Assembly (NCBI GenBank): GCA_965202585.1
Contig: OZ241829.1
Location: 36,332,001-36,396,000 of the forward strand
Source: Thalia democratica
Taxonomy: Eukaryota
Direction: 5' to 3'
DNA length: 64,000 nt
This document shows positions 44,801 to 57,200 of this stretch, one piece after another. Made by a program: the position numbers and the translations under genes. The first letter of the stretch is position 1. Each line of letters opens with the position of its first letter. The notes beneath the pieces were generated by a model. That model worked only from the letters and a program-made list of their open reading frames with translations, had not been told where the DNA came from and ran no database searches.

Positions 44801-45117
44801 AAGCGGTTCTTAACCTTTTTTCATATTTTACCCCTTTTTGGATGGTTATTACCAAATTTACCCCAATACCAAAATAAATACCAATTATGTTACCAAAGTA
44901 GAATTTAATTTTGAGGAATAAAAAGTTAGGTATGTTGAACTTTAAGTTATTAAGTATAAAAATTCGTAAAATTTAAAAAAATTGTTTAACTTAAAAAACA
45001 TACAAAAAAATAGTTACTAATAAGTCAAAAAGACAATCAATGAACATTAATTTACATAACTTGCGATAAAAAATACCCCCTAAAACAATAAAATTTATTC
45101 CAGGTTAAGAATCGCTG
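44801..45117. mobile_element. hAT-type MITE with (C)AGCGGTTCTTAACCT termini
   Basis: TIR AGCGGTTCTTAACCT / AGGTTAAGAATCGCTG; 8-bp flanks CTTTAAAT / CTTTAAAA; TTTACCCC repeats. Confidence 0.8.
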
Positions 45118-47021
45118 CTTTAAAATATTGGTTGCTTGACTAAAATAAAGTTTTTTTTTATGTTTTAGTTTGTTTAATCTTGGGAAGAGTTCAGCGGAAG
45201 GGTTGGGTTTGACACGCAAAGTATATTCTCCCGTGTCGTGTTTTTAACCATTAAAACAATTTAGATTGAAATTTTTTTTTTAATTTGAAATGAGCTTTTG
45301 ATTTGTAATTTATAGTAGTCAAGAAATTTGCAATTTTGTTTTATAGTAAATAACATTTTGAATAAAATTTTTGCTGAATTAAAGAAACTTATGAGAAAAT
45401 AAAAATTCTAAAAACGATCAAATGCTATAATATTAAGCTTTAGAAATCACAAACATCCAAAAAAAAAAAATTTAAGATATATTCATATTTTTAATGAAGC
45501 TTTTGATCGTTAAAAGATAAGAGTTCATTTGGTATTGGATTTATATTAAATGTCTATATGTATAACGTCAATAGGAGAGAGAAAACTTTAAATATGTTTA
45601 AAACAATTCAACATTGTATTCACATGAAAGCTAAACGTTCACAATACAAAATTGTGCTGCCTTTACCCATAATGAAATTCTAGTCTCTTTACTTATTCAC
45701 AAAAGTATTTGCATGTTGTAGAAGCTTTCGGGTGAACTTAAAGTAAAAGTGTGCTCGCGGGCCGCCCTTCTTGGACCGCAAAAGCCCACGAAAGGTAAAA
45801 TTTGCGGCCCGAAAACATACAAAAATGGCTCGCGAATAAAAAAAGTTGATACCTACATTAGATATTCGGGGTTTCTAATGTGTAGATCGAAAATATGGTT
45901 TTAGATAAACTTAATAAGTTTTAAAACTTACACATTATGTTTCAGGTCTATAATAAAGCGTGAGAAGTAAAACTCTGGCACGCGAACATTTTTATTAAGC
46001 TTGGTTGTAATTCAGTTTTTCATAGGTTTAACTAACCATTTTAAGTAGAAATTATTAAATTAAAGTTCAAAAAACTTTTTTGATTTTCGAGTTATTTAAA
46101 TAAAGCTTTGGTTTTTGAATTTGTTTTAAGATAAAAAAAAGCTTAAGCTTTAAAATTTTAATTAGCTGTTATTTAAGATTAGTTGTGTCTTTACCCTAAA
46201 AACTATAATTAATGAAAATTTACGATCCTTAAGCTGTTTTTTTTTAATTTTTATTACTTTGCTAAATTTAGACACATACCAGAATATACTACAGTTCATT
46301 TTAGTTTAATTTAAGCGTAAAGAAATTGTAAAAAAAATTCATTTGTCAAAGTTTTCTTATTAGCATACGATAGTGTAGATATTCAGAATACAAACTAGAT
46401 AATAAACTTAAGCAAATAAATTCAATTCTTAATAAGCATTTTTTGTTCGTAATTTAATTTTTAACTCAGTTTGGCTAAATTTTTAAAAACTGGTTTGAAG
46501 TGGTCAAACGATTTTTTTATTTTAACACTAGTAATCCGACTTGAGTGAGGAACTTAAAAAGAAGTGTATGCAATAACAACTTTTTTCGACGATCAGCAAG
46601 CTTTATAACTAAACTATATAGCTCTTAGGGTTGTTAATTATTTACGTAAAACTAGTTGTGTATTTCAGGATTATAATATGAGCGCTAAAATAGTTGAGTT
46701 TTTTCAATGATTACTTATTTTTACTGCTGTAATTTCCGTTGTTCTGCTGACATTATAGATTAATGTTTTTTAATTTACATTTTCTACTTATTAAGTGATG
46801 ACAAACTAAAACTTCTTATTTGAAGTGTGTTATCCTTATTCGCAATATAATAAATAAAATAAATAATAAATGATTTAATCAACAACTAAGAACTTTAAAA
46901 CACAAATAAAATAGTTTTCTCACTTGTAAACATAAAAAGGTTTATAAAAATTTAGTGTTCGATTTTTTTCAAAAGATTTCAATTACGTTAAAGAAGATCA
47001 ACCAAACTTTATGCATAGTTT

Positions 47022-48005
47022 TTACTTTATAGCTCTATTGTTTTGTATTTTTTGCAAATTGAATTTGTCAAAATCGCCTTTAGCCATAACATCTTTAATG
47101 ATCCAAGTTTGTTCATTCAAATTGTATATATACCATTTGTTACAACTGTAAGGTCGGCGTTCGCGAATAAAAACAATTTTGTTATTCAAACTCAATGTCT
47201 TACATACTTTTGAATTATCAAAATCAAACGGCAGCTTAAGACTAAACATAGTAAATTTTTTTGATATACTGTAATAAACTTTAGAAGACAATAATTTGTT
47301 TCCACCAATTACAAACGGTTTGTTACCAATTGTACAGGAGGAGTGATTATATCTACTTTCAATCATATCAGGTATAATGTTCCATTTGTTTTCTTTATGA
47401 TCAAAGAACTCTACTGATTTCAAACATCTGTAATAACCGAATCCTCCAGTAACAAAAATTTTCCCTTCAAAAATTGAACAAAATGTTTTATGCCTTTTAT
47501 ATTGAAAACTTGCTACTTGTCGCCAACTATCGTTTATCTTCTCATACCTATAATTTCTTTTTGTGTCTTTACTTTTTCTATAACACAAACTTATCACATA
47601 AACAGAACTTATAAATGATAAAACACTAAAAACTTCGTTATTTATTGATTGTAGTATTTTACTGGTTTTTGTCTTTTTAGAATACACCTCATAAGTGTTT
47701 TTCACATTTCCATCATCGTAGTAAGTACTAATAACGTAAGTATCCAATGGAGATTGTGTTTCTCATATGTGGTTTTGGTCGAATCACATATGAAACGTTA
47801 AAATAAATTAAAATGTGGCTTTAACAGGAGCATTAAAATCAGGACAACCTATAGTGACAACTTCCCTTTTGCAACCATTTTTTTTTCCAAAAACAGCAAT
47901 ATGAAACTGATCTTGATTGCAATAACGATTTTCATACAAAATTTTACACTTTACACTAGAAATCATCATTTTTGATATGCTAGCTTGTAAAATAAATAGC
48001 GACAA
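47022..48005 (-). pseudogene. kelch-repeat (BTB-kelch-type) gene fragment, intronless and disrupted
   Basis: ORFs 48005-47808 and 47747-47022 are in the same frame but separated by three stops (TAA 47810, TGA 47786, TGA 47765). The second ORF carries kelch repeats (EGKIFVTGG...LKSVEFFDHKENKWNIIPDMIESRYNHSSCTIGNKPFVIGG) and has no ATG start. Confidence 0.7.
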
Positions 48006-49054
48006 GCTAAATCAAACAACATTTTATATATTTCAATAGTTCAATAAGATTGAAGAAAATCATAAGACTAATATAAATAATATTATATCTTAAGTAGTCT
48101 GTTGCAATTTTTACTAGGATTTTAATAAGAGTTTTATATATGACATAAACATGTTAACTATTTATTTAAAATTCAAAGCTTTAAATTAACTGCTAACTTG
48201 AAACAGTTAGATATTTTTATTAAATGATTTTCTAAATCATATTTTCTAGCTAAAAAAATAAATTAAACCAAATAATAAAATAAATTGAATACTGAAAGAA
48301 AGAACTTTTACTTTAGTTTTAGTATTTTTAAACTGAATCTCATTATTTTATGAACAGTTTGTTAATTTTTATATGTTTATTTAAAAAATTTTTTTGTACA
48401 AGTAACGCTTTTTTTTCATAAATTCTATTTATAACTGGTTGTACCCAGCGTAAAAGAGTTTGAAAAATGTTTTTTTTTTTTTGACCTTTAATAGTTTATT
48501 GAATATATTTCTTATTCTATTGCTACACTTTGAACACATACCAAACTACAGCTCCTCTAAGTTTTTTAAGTTAGTTTAAGAACAAAGTTTCCTCACTAGC
48601 AGGTAAAAGGTGTAGAGAATCAGCATTTAAACTAAACTTTATAAACTTAACTCATTAATTGGACTTTAGTTTTTGTATTCTCCATTTTCAAACTAGCTTA
48701 TATATATACTTAATCGAATTAAAAAAATTGTATTAATTAGTTGTAAATAAAACTATTTCAATGATTTCTATATGTTACTAACTATAAATACTCGTTTTAA
48801 TAAATTATAAAATTATTTTATACTTCTACCTTAGCTGATATTTGACAAAAATAACTATGAGTTGGTTTCTGTTGTCACATTGTTTAAATTAAATTTTGTT
48901 GGCAAATTAATAAATGAGTGTCTAATTATAACCACAAAATTAAACAGATTAGCGTTTTGTTGTGCTTTAGATCAGTAACTAAATTTAAAATTTATTTATT
49001 TTTGATTTGTTAAAAACAAAACCTCCAGAACATTGTATTTGTGTTTATATAACT

Positions 49055-49545
49055 AAGGGTGGGTAGAATGCGGCCGATGGAAGGTAAAACCGGCAAGTTG
49101 TGCGCAAACATGTAAATGTGGCCCGCGAAAATAAAGTTGTAATACTTACACTATATTTTGGTTTTCAAAATTAAAAGAAAAAAAAAAAGTTTTGGATTTA
49201 TTTTACAGAAATTCGAAACTTACACTATATATTTTGGGGACACGTTCAAAGTCCACCCGCGATCAAAATCCACCCGCGTTCAAAATCCACCCAGTCAAAT
49301 TCGAGAACCGCTTACCGAACGAGGGTAAGGGTTAGGGGAAACAGTGATAGTTAAAACTAAAAAGAAAATAAATTAAAAATATATTTAAAATAAACCAGTA
49401 AATAATGAAAATGTAAAAAAAATATCGGGTGAATTTTGAACGCGGAAAGTATACCATATTTTGGGTATATAATCAATTCAATCTAAAACTACAACTGCGG
49501 CCCGTGAACAATTTTGTTTTTGAAATCTGGCCCGCGACCACCTAT
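49055..49545. mobile_element. degenerate hAT/Charlie-type MITE (GGCCCGCG motifs)
   Basis: Repeated (T)GGCCCGCG / GCGGCCC motifs on both sides of the nested insertion; the ends are eroded. Confidence 0.55.
49238..49455. mobile_element. 218-bp MULE-like MITE with perfect 9-bp TSD, nested in a Charlie-like MITE
   Basis: ATATTTTGG at 49229-49237 and 49456-49464, GG...CC ends, and GTTCAAAATCCACCC repeats inverted at the right end. Confidence 0.85.
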
Positions 49546-51223
49546 AGCCAGTTGATAATAACATTAGAACACTTTTTTTTTTCTATCCTTAATTAACTAA
49601 TAAGATAAATTATTTAAAATGAACAGATACCGATTAAAAAATATGCAGAAATAGTTTGAAAGTATAAATGCTATTTGGAAAAAATATTAGTGAGTACTCT
49701 GGTATTACTAAAATATATAAATGAAACACTGGTGTTTCTCTTAACTGTACTAGATGTTTTCAACTTCTAAGCCTTTAGGCCAAAAATAGCAAGAAGGTGA
49801 AAAAGTAAATCGGTAATTAAAAATGGGATATATAGCTAAATGGGAGGCAATCTTTTTTGAAATATCTGCTTAATTGGAGATTGTGAAAATAAGCTTGAGA
49901 AATCCTGTTCGAAACTAACTAATAAAATACTTAAATTTAGTCGTAAGTTGTTTTTGACTGACAAGACTCTGAAATCATTTATTGACATAATTAAACAATC
50001 GTTAATAAAAGTACTAGTTTGTCAGTAAAATTCAACTTTAAGCAAAATTTTCTTTAAAAAAAAATTGTTAACAAACTTTGTTGAATGTTCACCAACAAAA
50101 CGTGAGATAAATGAGTTAATTGTATTAATATGTTTTGCAGAAAACTACTTACATTGAGATTTACACACCTTTTAATAACTTTTGCAAACTTTTGATAAAA
50201 TACTGCACTAACTTAAAATAAAGTAGAATTAATAAAGACATTTAGTTAACTAATGAAAATAATCAATAAGGTTTACAAAATATAGTATAGATCTTAAATA
50301 TCTATAAAGTAGTACTAAAAGAACCACAAATAGAAAGAAGTTTTTTAGAATAAAACCAGATCTTAAGGTCTTAACTCAGTATTATAAATTATCTAAAAAA
50401 GTCATTAAAGATAAAAAAAGTAAATACCATCTTGAACTTATAGTAAATATTTTTTTTTATATATTTACGATCATATACTTCTGTTAAAGTTGATTAGATT
50501 TTGAAAGCAGATCTAATTTAATCTGTTACAAATACAATTTTTCTAATAATGTCCTAAAACATGCTGATTTATCTTGTCATTAACTTTTATAAAAATTAAA
50601 TAATTTTTGTTTTCTACCTTAACTAGTAACAACTTATTCTTAATGTTAAAGTTTTACTAACAGGAATTTAAGCACAATGTTTGAAACGGATTAAGTTTTA
50701 TTTTGATTCAAAATATATTCACGTACTTTTCAACAAACACAAACTTGCATTAGCCTTAAATTGCACGATGAATAAAGGTCAATATATCGTAAAGTAAAAC
50801 AAAGTACGTTTGAGTCAATATGAAACAGTCTTAAACGAAATTAGCATAATAAAAAGTAACACAGCGAAAGCTCATAAGAATGTATAGTGCAAATGTTGAA
50901 AAAAAACTTGATTATGAAATAGGCAAACATATATTGCCCACATATTTGGTGCAAATAATACCGACTGACAACAACACAATATATAGTTTAGACATGGTAA
51001 AAACGTACAAAACTTTATTGCACTACACACGCTTAATCAAAAAAAATAAAACTTTTAAAGATAGATTAACTAAAAAAAAGTTGAAAAAAAGATCACGTAT
51101 TTTTACAAAACTGACAAGATATGCTTAAAAATTAAAACCGCAAACAAACGCGAATAAAATATGTAAAATGAAATAAATAAATTAATAAAACTTATCAGTT
51201 TTTTTTTTTTAACTTTGCTCTTT

Positions 51224-54200
51224 TTACTTACTTCCTTCGCTTTTACGGGCAGCAGTGTGGTATGAAAACAAACAGAGAACGGCGTAACACATTTCCTTGG
51301 CGTATTGCGATTTGTACCGGTGCACAACTGCCTTCTCTGTGTCGCGATCTAACGGATGATTATTTTGTTACCATACCAAGTTTCAAATAAGTTTGAAACA
51401 AAAGTAATGAGAACCGTTACATTTAAAAGTTAAGATATGTAATCAAAAAATACTTTTTGAATTTATTTATAATGTTTTAGAAACAGTTAAGCAACAAACT
51501 ATGTCGAAAATAACTATACAATTAAGTAGTTAAATAAAATAACTTTTGCAGAAGATTTATTTGTATCAAGTCATTGTACTTTGAAGCACTAATAAACTCA
51601 CTATATTCTTCCAGAAGAAATACTCCGTCAACGTTATTGCATTTTCTAATGGTTTTTAGCTCAAGAAATACCTGAAATTGGTAAAGTAAATTCAAATTTA
51701 TAAATATTTTGGCAGACACGATACCGTATGAATAAAAAATTAATAGTTAAAGGCTTCTACTAAAACATTTCATGTAATTTAATAAAAATAAAAAGTTTTT
51801 CTCGAAAAAAGGTGTAAAAGTATTTAAATTATAGGTAGCATAGGTTTATTTTTTAATTGCAAAAATTTAACTAAGAGTTGTCAACCGAACCACAACAAGC
51901 CACCAACCTGGTTGGATGCAAACTTCAGGTTGATCCCCTCCAAAGTGACCTGCAGCAACCCGCATTCCCCGCTACCAGTTTCTTCTATGGGGAACTCCCC
52001 ACCCAAATCCGGTACTGTTTGTTTTGGTTTGTTCGTATTACTATAAACTTTTTTCAGTTTTTATGAGTTTTATGAGTTAGATCTTAGAGAATATTGGTTT
52101 TAACTGTTGAACTGGCTAAGTTTTATATGCACACTATTTTATTTGAAAAAATCTTAAACAACTACAAAATAAAATAAACTAAATACTTTAATTAAAAGTT
52201 CAGATGTTTTGAAAGGAAAAAAAAAATAATTAACAAGCTAATCACTTTTAAACTGTTACAGCTCAAACTACTTAGTACTTTTCTTAAATTTGTAAAATTC
52301 TTAAAGATGATCGACAGACGACAATTATACGACATTTAAACTTAAAAGCTTTTCTACCAAACAAACAACCGTTGTATCTGGATGCAGCTTTTTCCATCGC
52401 CTCTTTCACGCAATGGTACAATTCCCTACACTGAAAAAAAATAAAAATGCTAGAAAATTTGCTTAAAATACAGTGAATTTATTGAGGCATAAAATTTACA
52501 AAAATATTTTTGTACTCTTATCGTCTTGAACTAAAAAGCGTGGTTAAAACTACAAAGGAAAAAGAACAATGCTACACTTTTGAATAATCAATATGTTCTT
52601 GTACTAAGTTTACATTTAACTATTCTTCTTCTACACAAGTAACGACAAAGTTCGGCTGAAAACTTGAACAGATAATAAAGTGTTAACGTAAAAAAACATA
52701 TAAAATAACAGTTGACTATGATTTTACTTAAAAATACTGAGCTCTTTTGTAAATATGCGCAGTTATTTGCTTTCGATATATATAAATATTAAAAATCAAA
52801 GAAAAATGTAACAGCTATTTTTACTATATCAGTAACTAAAAAGGTTATAAAATTATGAAAACTTTAAAAGCAACAACTGCTAACCTTTTTAGTGTAAAAT
52901 TTGTTGAGCTGAGTTTCGTAACCTTTTCTCTGCCACAAACACAGCACTTTGGTCTTCGGGCAGAAAGTCATGTTAATCAGCTTTTCGTACCACCACCGCT
53001 CGCAAATGGTGCCAAAACCAGTTCGCAGTATAATTGCGTCATCACACACCTAAATGGTCGAATAAGATGAAGCATTTTTAAATTTATGCGCAATTTTTAA
53101 TCTAAATTAGAAATAAACAAAAAAATTACTAAAAATAAATACTTTGAAAAATGATTTAAAAACTTAATAAGTTCTGCTTTTTTTTTTTTAACACGTGATG
53201 TGTTTATACCACATTTAAATAAAACGACTTACTTCCATGAAGAGCACATCGCCATTCGTATCGGTGCCGGCGTGAACAACAAAACTCTGCTTTCTTATGT
53301 GGCGACTTCCGCACGGCTTCAGGTCGATCGCCACGCCGTGGAGTTGGTTCAAACTGTCCAGGAGCTGATTGATCTCACAGCTGCACTGGAGCCCGATGTG
53401 CGACTTGCCCAGCAAACGGCGAACCTGGGTTTTCGGGTTTGCAACGTTTATTTTTATTGAAGCTTAGTATTTATATACACTCTATAATCGTAAGTAAATG
53501 AACACAAATATAATATAATACTAAACTAGCAAAAAGTAAACACTGACTTTTGTCTATTCGTCTATGCGATCAAGAAGCGCATGCGATAAAAAGCATGCGA
53601 TACAAAAGCGACGTAATCGTTCATGCGTAGTATATATAGTGCTTTAACAATCCCTTTTTCCCAATTCTCTCAATTTATAACAGAGCATGTCTGTTAGACT
53701 GCTACAATGACATTCAGAATAAAAACATTAAAGTCATTTTTTTACATTAGAAAGCAATTCAATTCAAAGTGATTCAAAACTTATGGTAACATTATATTCT
53801 GGTGTTTGGCGAAAACTACGGTGTTTTTTAAAGATCTAAACTTGAAATACTTTTTTTTAATTACTTCTTTGCAACCAAATATAATTTTTAGTTTCCTAAG
53901 TTTTTGAAAAAGTCACCTTATTTAAAAAATGTAATCCATTAAAACTTATTAAAAACGGAAAACAGAGTAACTAAATAGTGTGCTAGTTTTAATACTTACT
54001 ATACTAGCAAAATAAAAACATTTGTATTCAGCAACCGATTTAACGAACAAAACTTAAAACTACTACAACCAAGTACAGACTGAACTATTTTTCACTGGAA
54101 AAAAACTTTTTTAGACATAAAAACATAAAATTCAAACTTTGGTGACGATGTGGTTGCGGGGCACATTCATCATGACCATGTAAGCCACCAAGTTGTACAA

Positions 54201-57200
54201 AATTGTGGACAGAAGCACGTCTTCCTCTTCCTCCATTCTCTTTCGGTCGTGGGTATTTCCCGATTTGTACCTGCGGGATGTAAAACAGACAGCTTGAATT
54301 TTTAGCCTATTTTTGGAGTTAGCATATGATACCAAATAATTAAAACTCTATGTGATTTTGAATTGGTTAAAAATTTATTTAGCTAGTCAACTCGGTGAAG
54401 TGAGTACTTTGGTAAAATAACATACACATTAAAAATATATATATAGACAAAGAACATATAATTTTATTTTTTGACATTAAAAACATAAGTCTACTATTAT
54501 TTTTTACCTATATAAATAACAATCAATGTTTTTCATAAAAGTTTTAATATGCTTTCACTGCAACTCATCAGAAACTTACTGCAGACATTTGAATATAATT
54601 TTATGTGATAGCACCATTAAATATGAATAAATGTTACATATTTTTCAATCTGTTCTTAAGTTTTTTTCAAACTTGTGTATATATTTAATAACTTACTGTT
54701 AAAAAATGTTCTTTTAACTGTAATTCAAATAAAAATTTGGAATTTTAAAAACTGCTTTAACCCGTTTAAAGTTTTAAATTTAATATCTGAAATTTTTTTT
54801 ACGTGTTTAAAAGGAAAATTTAGAAAGAATAGAAATATGTAACACAGTTTAAATAAATTAATCTAAATTAAAGTATACAATTCCTTTTATTAGAATTGGC
54901 ATTAAGTTTAAAACTTACGTATAATCAATAAAAGTTAAAACTTTCTTTCCCTTTTTTTTCTAGACACTCAACTTATTTTGAAAAGAAAGTCTTTGCATTT
55001 TAAACTTTAGTTTAAACTAATTAGCACTTCTAAAAACTATTCAAATAATAAAATTGTTTACTTTAATTAACTTAACTTAAAACTTATAATGTTACGTTTC
55101 TATTAAATTTACATTGGTCACAAAAAAAAATATTATGAAACATTTAAGTGTTTTTAAAACATGAAGTTCAAAAATTAAACAAAAAACATAAAAAATAGTA
55201 AAACCTTAATATAAAAAAGTTTTAAAATAGTATTAAAAATATTTATAAAATCAAGTAAGAAGTCAATTTAATTAGTGAATTTTAACAAAACTTCTCTCAA
55301 ATTAAATTGGAAAAAAGTTTTTGAAATGAAATGAATATGAACCTAAAATAACATAAGACTTTGAAGAAAAATATAACTTAGTTGGTTTTGTACCATTTCA
55401 TAAAATTTAAAAAAATAAGGGGCTAAAAATGTTACCGTTCAATCATGTCCATGGGGACTTGGTCCATGCCAACAGCGTCTCTTTCCATGGCAACCGAGTC
55501 GAGGAATGTGTCCTCCCAAAACTGCATCTTGTCCCACAGCTTCGATCTTTCCTTTGCTTAAAAAATATTGAATACTGAAATTTTAAATAAAAGACTGAAC
55601 TTCGAAGTCGACTTCAAAGCAATGACAGTTTTTTAACGTTCATCACAATTATTGAACTGTGTTATAAAGACAATGGTCTACAACAGCAATTCTCAACCTG
55701 GGTAAACTTGGGTAAACCCCCTTGGGGTAAATTAAGTTGTTTTAGGGGGTAAATATTCTTTATTACAAGTTGTGTAAATTAATGTTTATTAATTGAATGA
55801 ACTTTTTAGTTTATAAGATAGTTTTAATTGTTTTTTTAGTTAAATAAACTCTTTTAATTTTACGATTCTTTATATTTATTTAGCTTAAGTTTCAAAAAAT
55901 ATAATTTTCTTCCTCAAAAATAAACATTGTTTTGTATAGTAAAGGTAAATTTTATAACTACCTTCCAATAAGGAGTAAAACATGAAAGAAAGGATAATAA
56001 CCGCTTGTTTACAATATATAACAGCAAGTACAAAATAGTTTTGAACCATTACATTTGAAAATATTTATTTACACTAGAAGCCAATCTAAACTTCTAAGAT
56101 GCTTAACTGTGAATGTAAAATAAAAATATTCATCTTATTTTATGCATCTAAATTTTTAAAGTTATATAAATCATTTCAAAAATGCTAAATACCAAATTTT
56201 TTTATTTGATCTGTCAGCGGTAATGAAATAAATGACAAAATAAATTCATTGCAGGTTTATTTTATAATTAATTAGTTTCTAAAGGTAAAGTTTCTAAAGG
56301 ACATGTAAAATATTATTGTAATAAGTACGTGAATTGGTGATCTTTTCATCATTTTTAATCAAAAAAGTGAATTATATTACTATTTACTTTAAAATCTCAA
56401 TACCACTTACAAAGCTATGCTGAAAAATTACTAAAATAAAAATAATTATTTTTTTTTATTGTAACTTACTTAAATTAATTTCAAAATTAAAACCAATTAC
56501 TTTCTCTTAACACTTTTTTTATAATTTTTTAGTTAACTTAAAATGAAATACTACAATTAATGTACAAAATTAATATTCAATTTAATAATATCTTTACAAA
56601 ATAATGTTTCGCCCAGTAGAATTCTTCAGTTGTAATTAAGTTCAGAAAAATCAAAAAAATAAAAATATAAAGACATTAAGGCTTAACTTTAGTTTATAAA
56701 CTACATAACAAAATAAAAATAAAAAGCTAATAAAGACTATCATGTTAAAAGTACTATATTTACAACATTTATAACTATTATGTTTGAAGTTGTAACGGTA
56801 CATCAAAATGTATTTGAAACTGTTTTGTGTTTAAGGGAAAATCCCAGAATGAGACGCATGCAAATAATGATGCAATTTTAATAAAGTTTAGGTTAGGAGA
56901 AAATAAAGAGTAAAAACTCCTGATATAATTTTGAATAAAATTGAGAACGGATCTATATAAACCGGGTAGGAGTCTAATATGCACGAAGGGACACTTTTGC
57001 ACGAAGGGTCAAATATGCACGAAGGGACGTTTTTGCACGAAAACACTTTTGCACGGGTTGAAAACTTTTGTATTTTATTTACTTTGATTTTTTATATTTT
57101 TTTTTACTATCACTATTTACCCCTAACACTTACCCTCGGTCGGTTTTTTTTTTGTTTATTATAACTTACTTTTACTAATGTTTTTATTTTCTAGTATTTT

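Noticed and set aside
47745-47830. Stop-codon readthrough, a variant genetic code or a small intron rescuing the kelch frame
   Set aside because: The stops are of two types (TAA and TGA), TGA/TAA/TAG terminate the real genes here, and the only GT-AG candidate (64 nt) shifts the frame.
50880-51128. 82-aa plus-strand ORF
   Set aside because: Lys-rich, low-complexity, antisense to the presumed MADD 3' UTR; no homology recognised.
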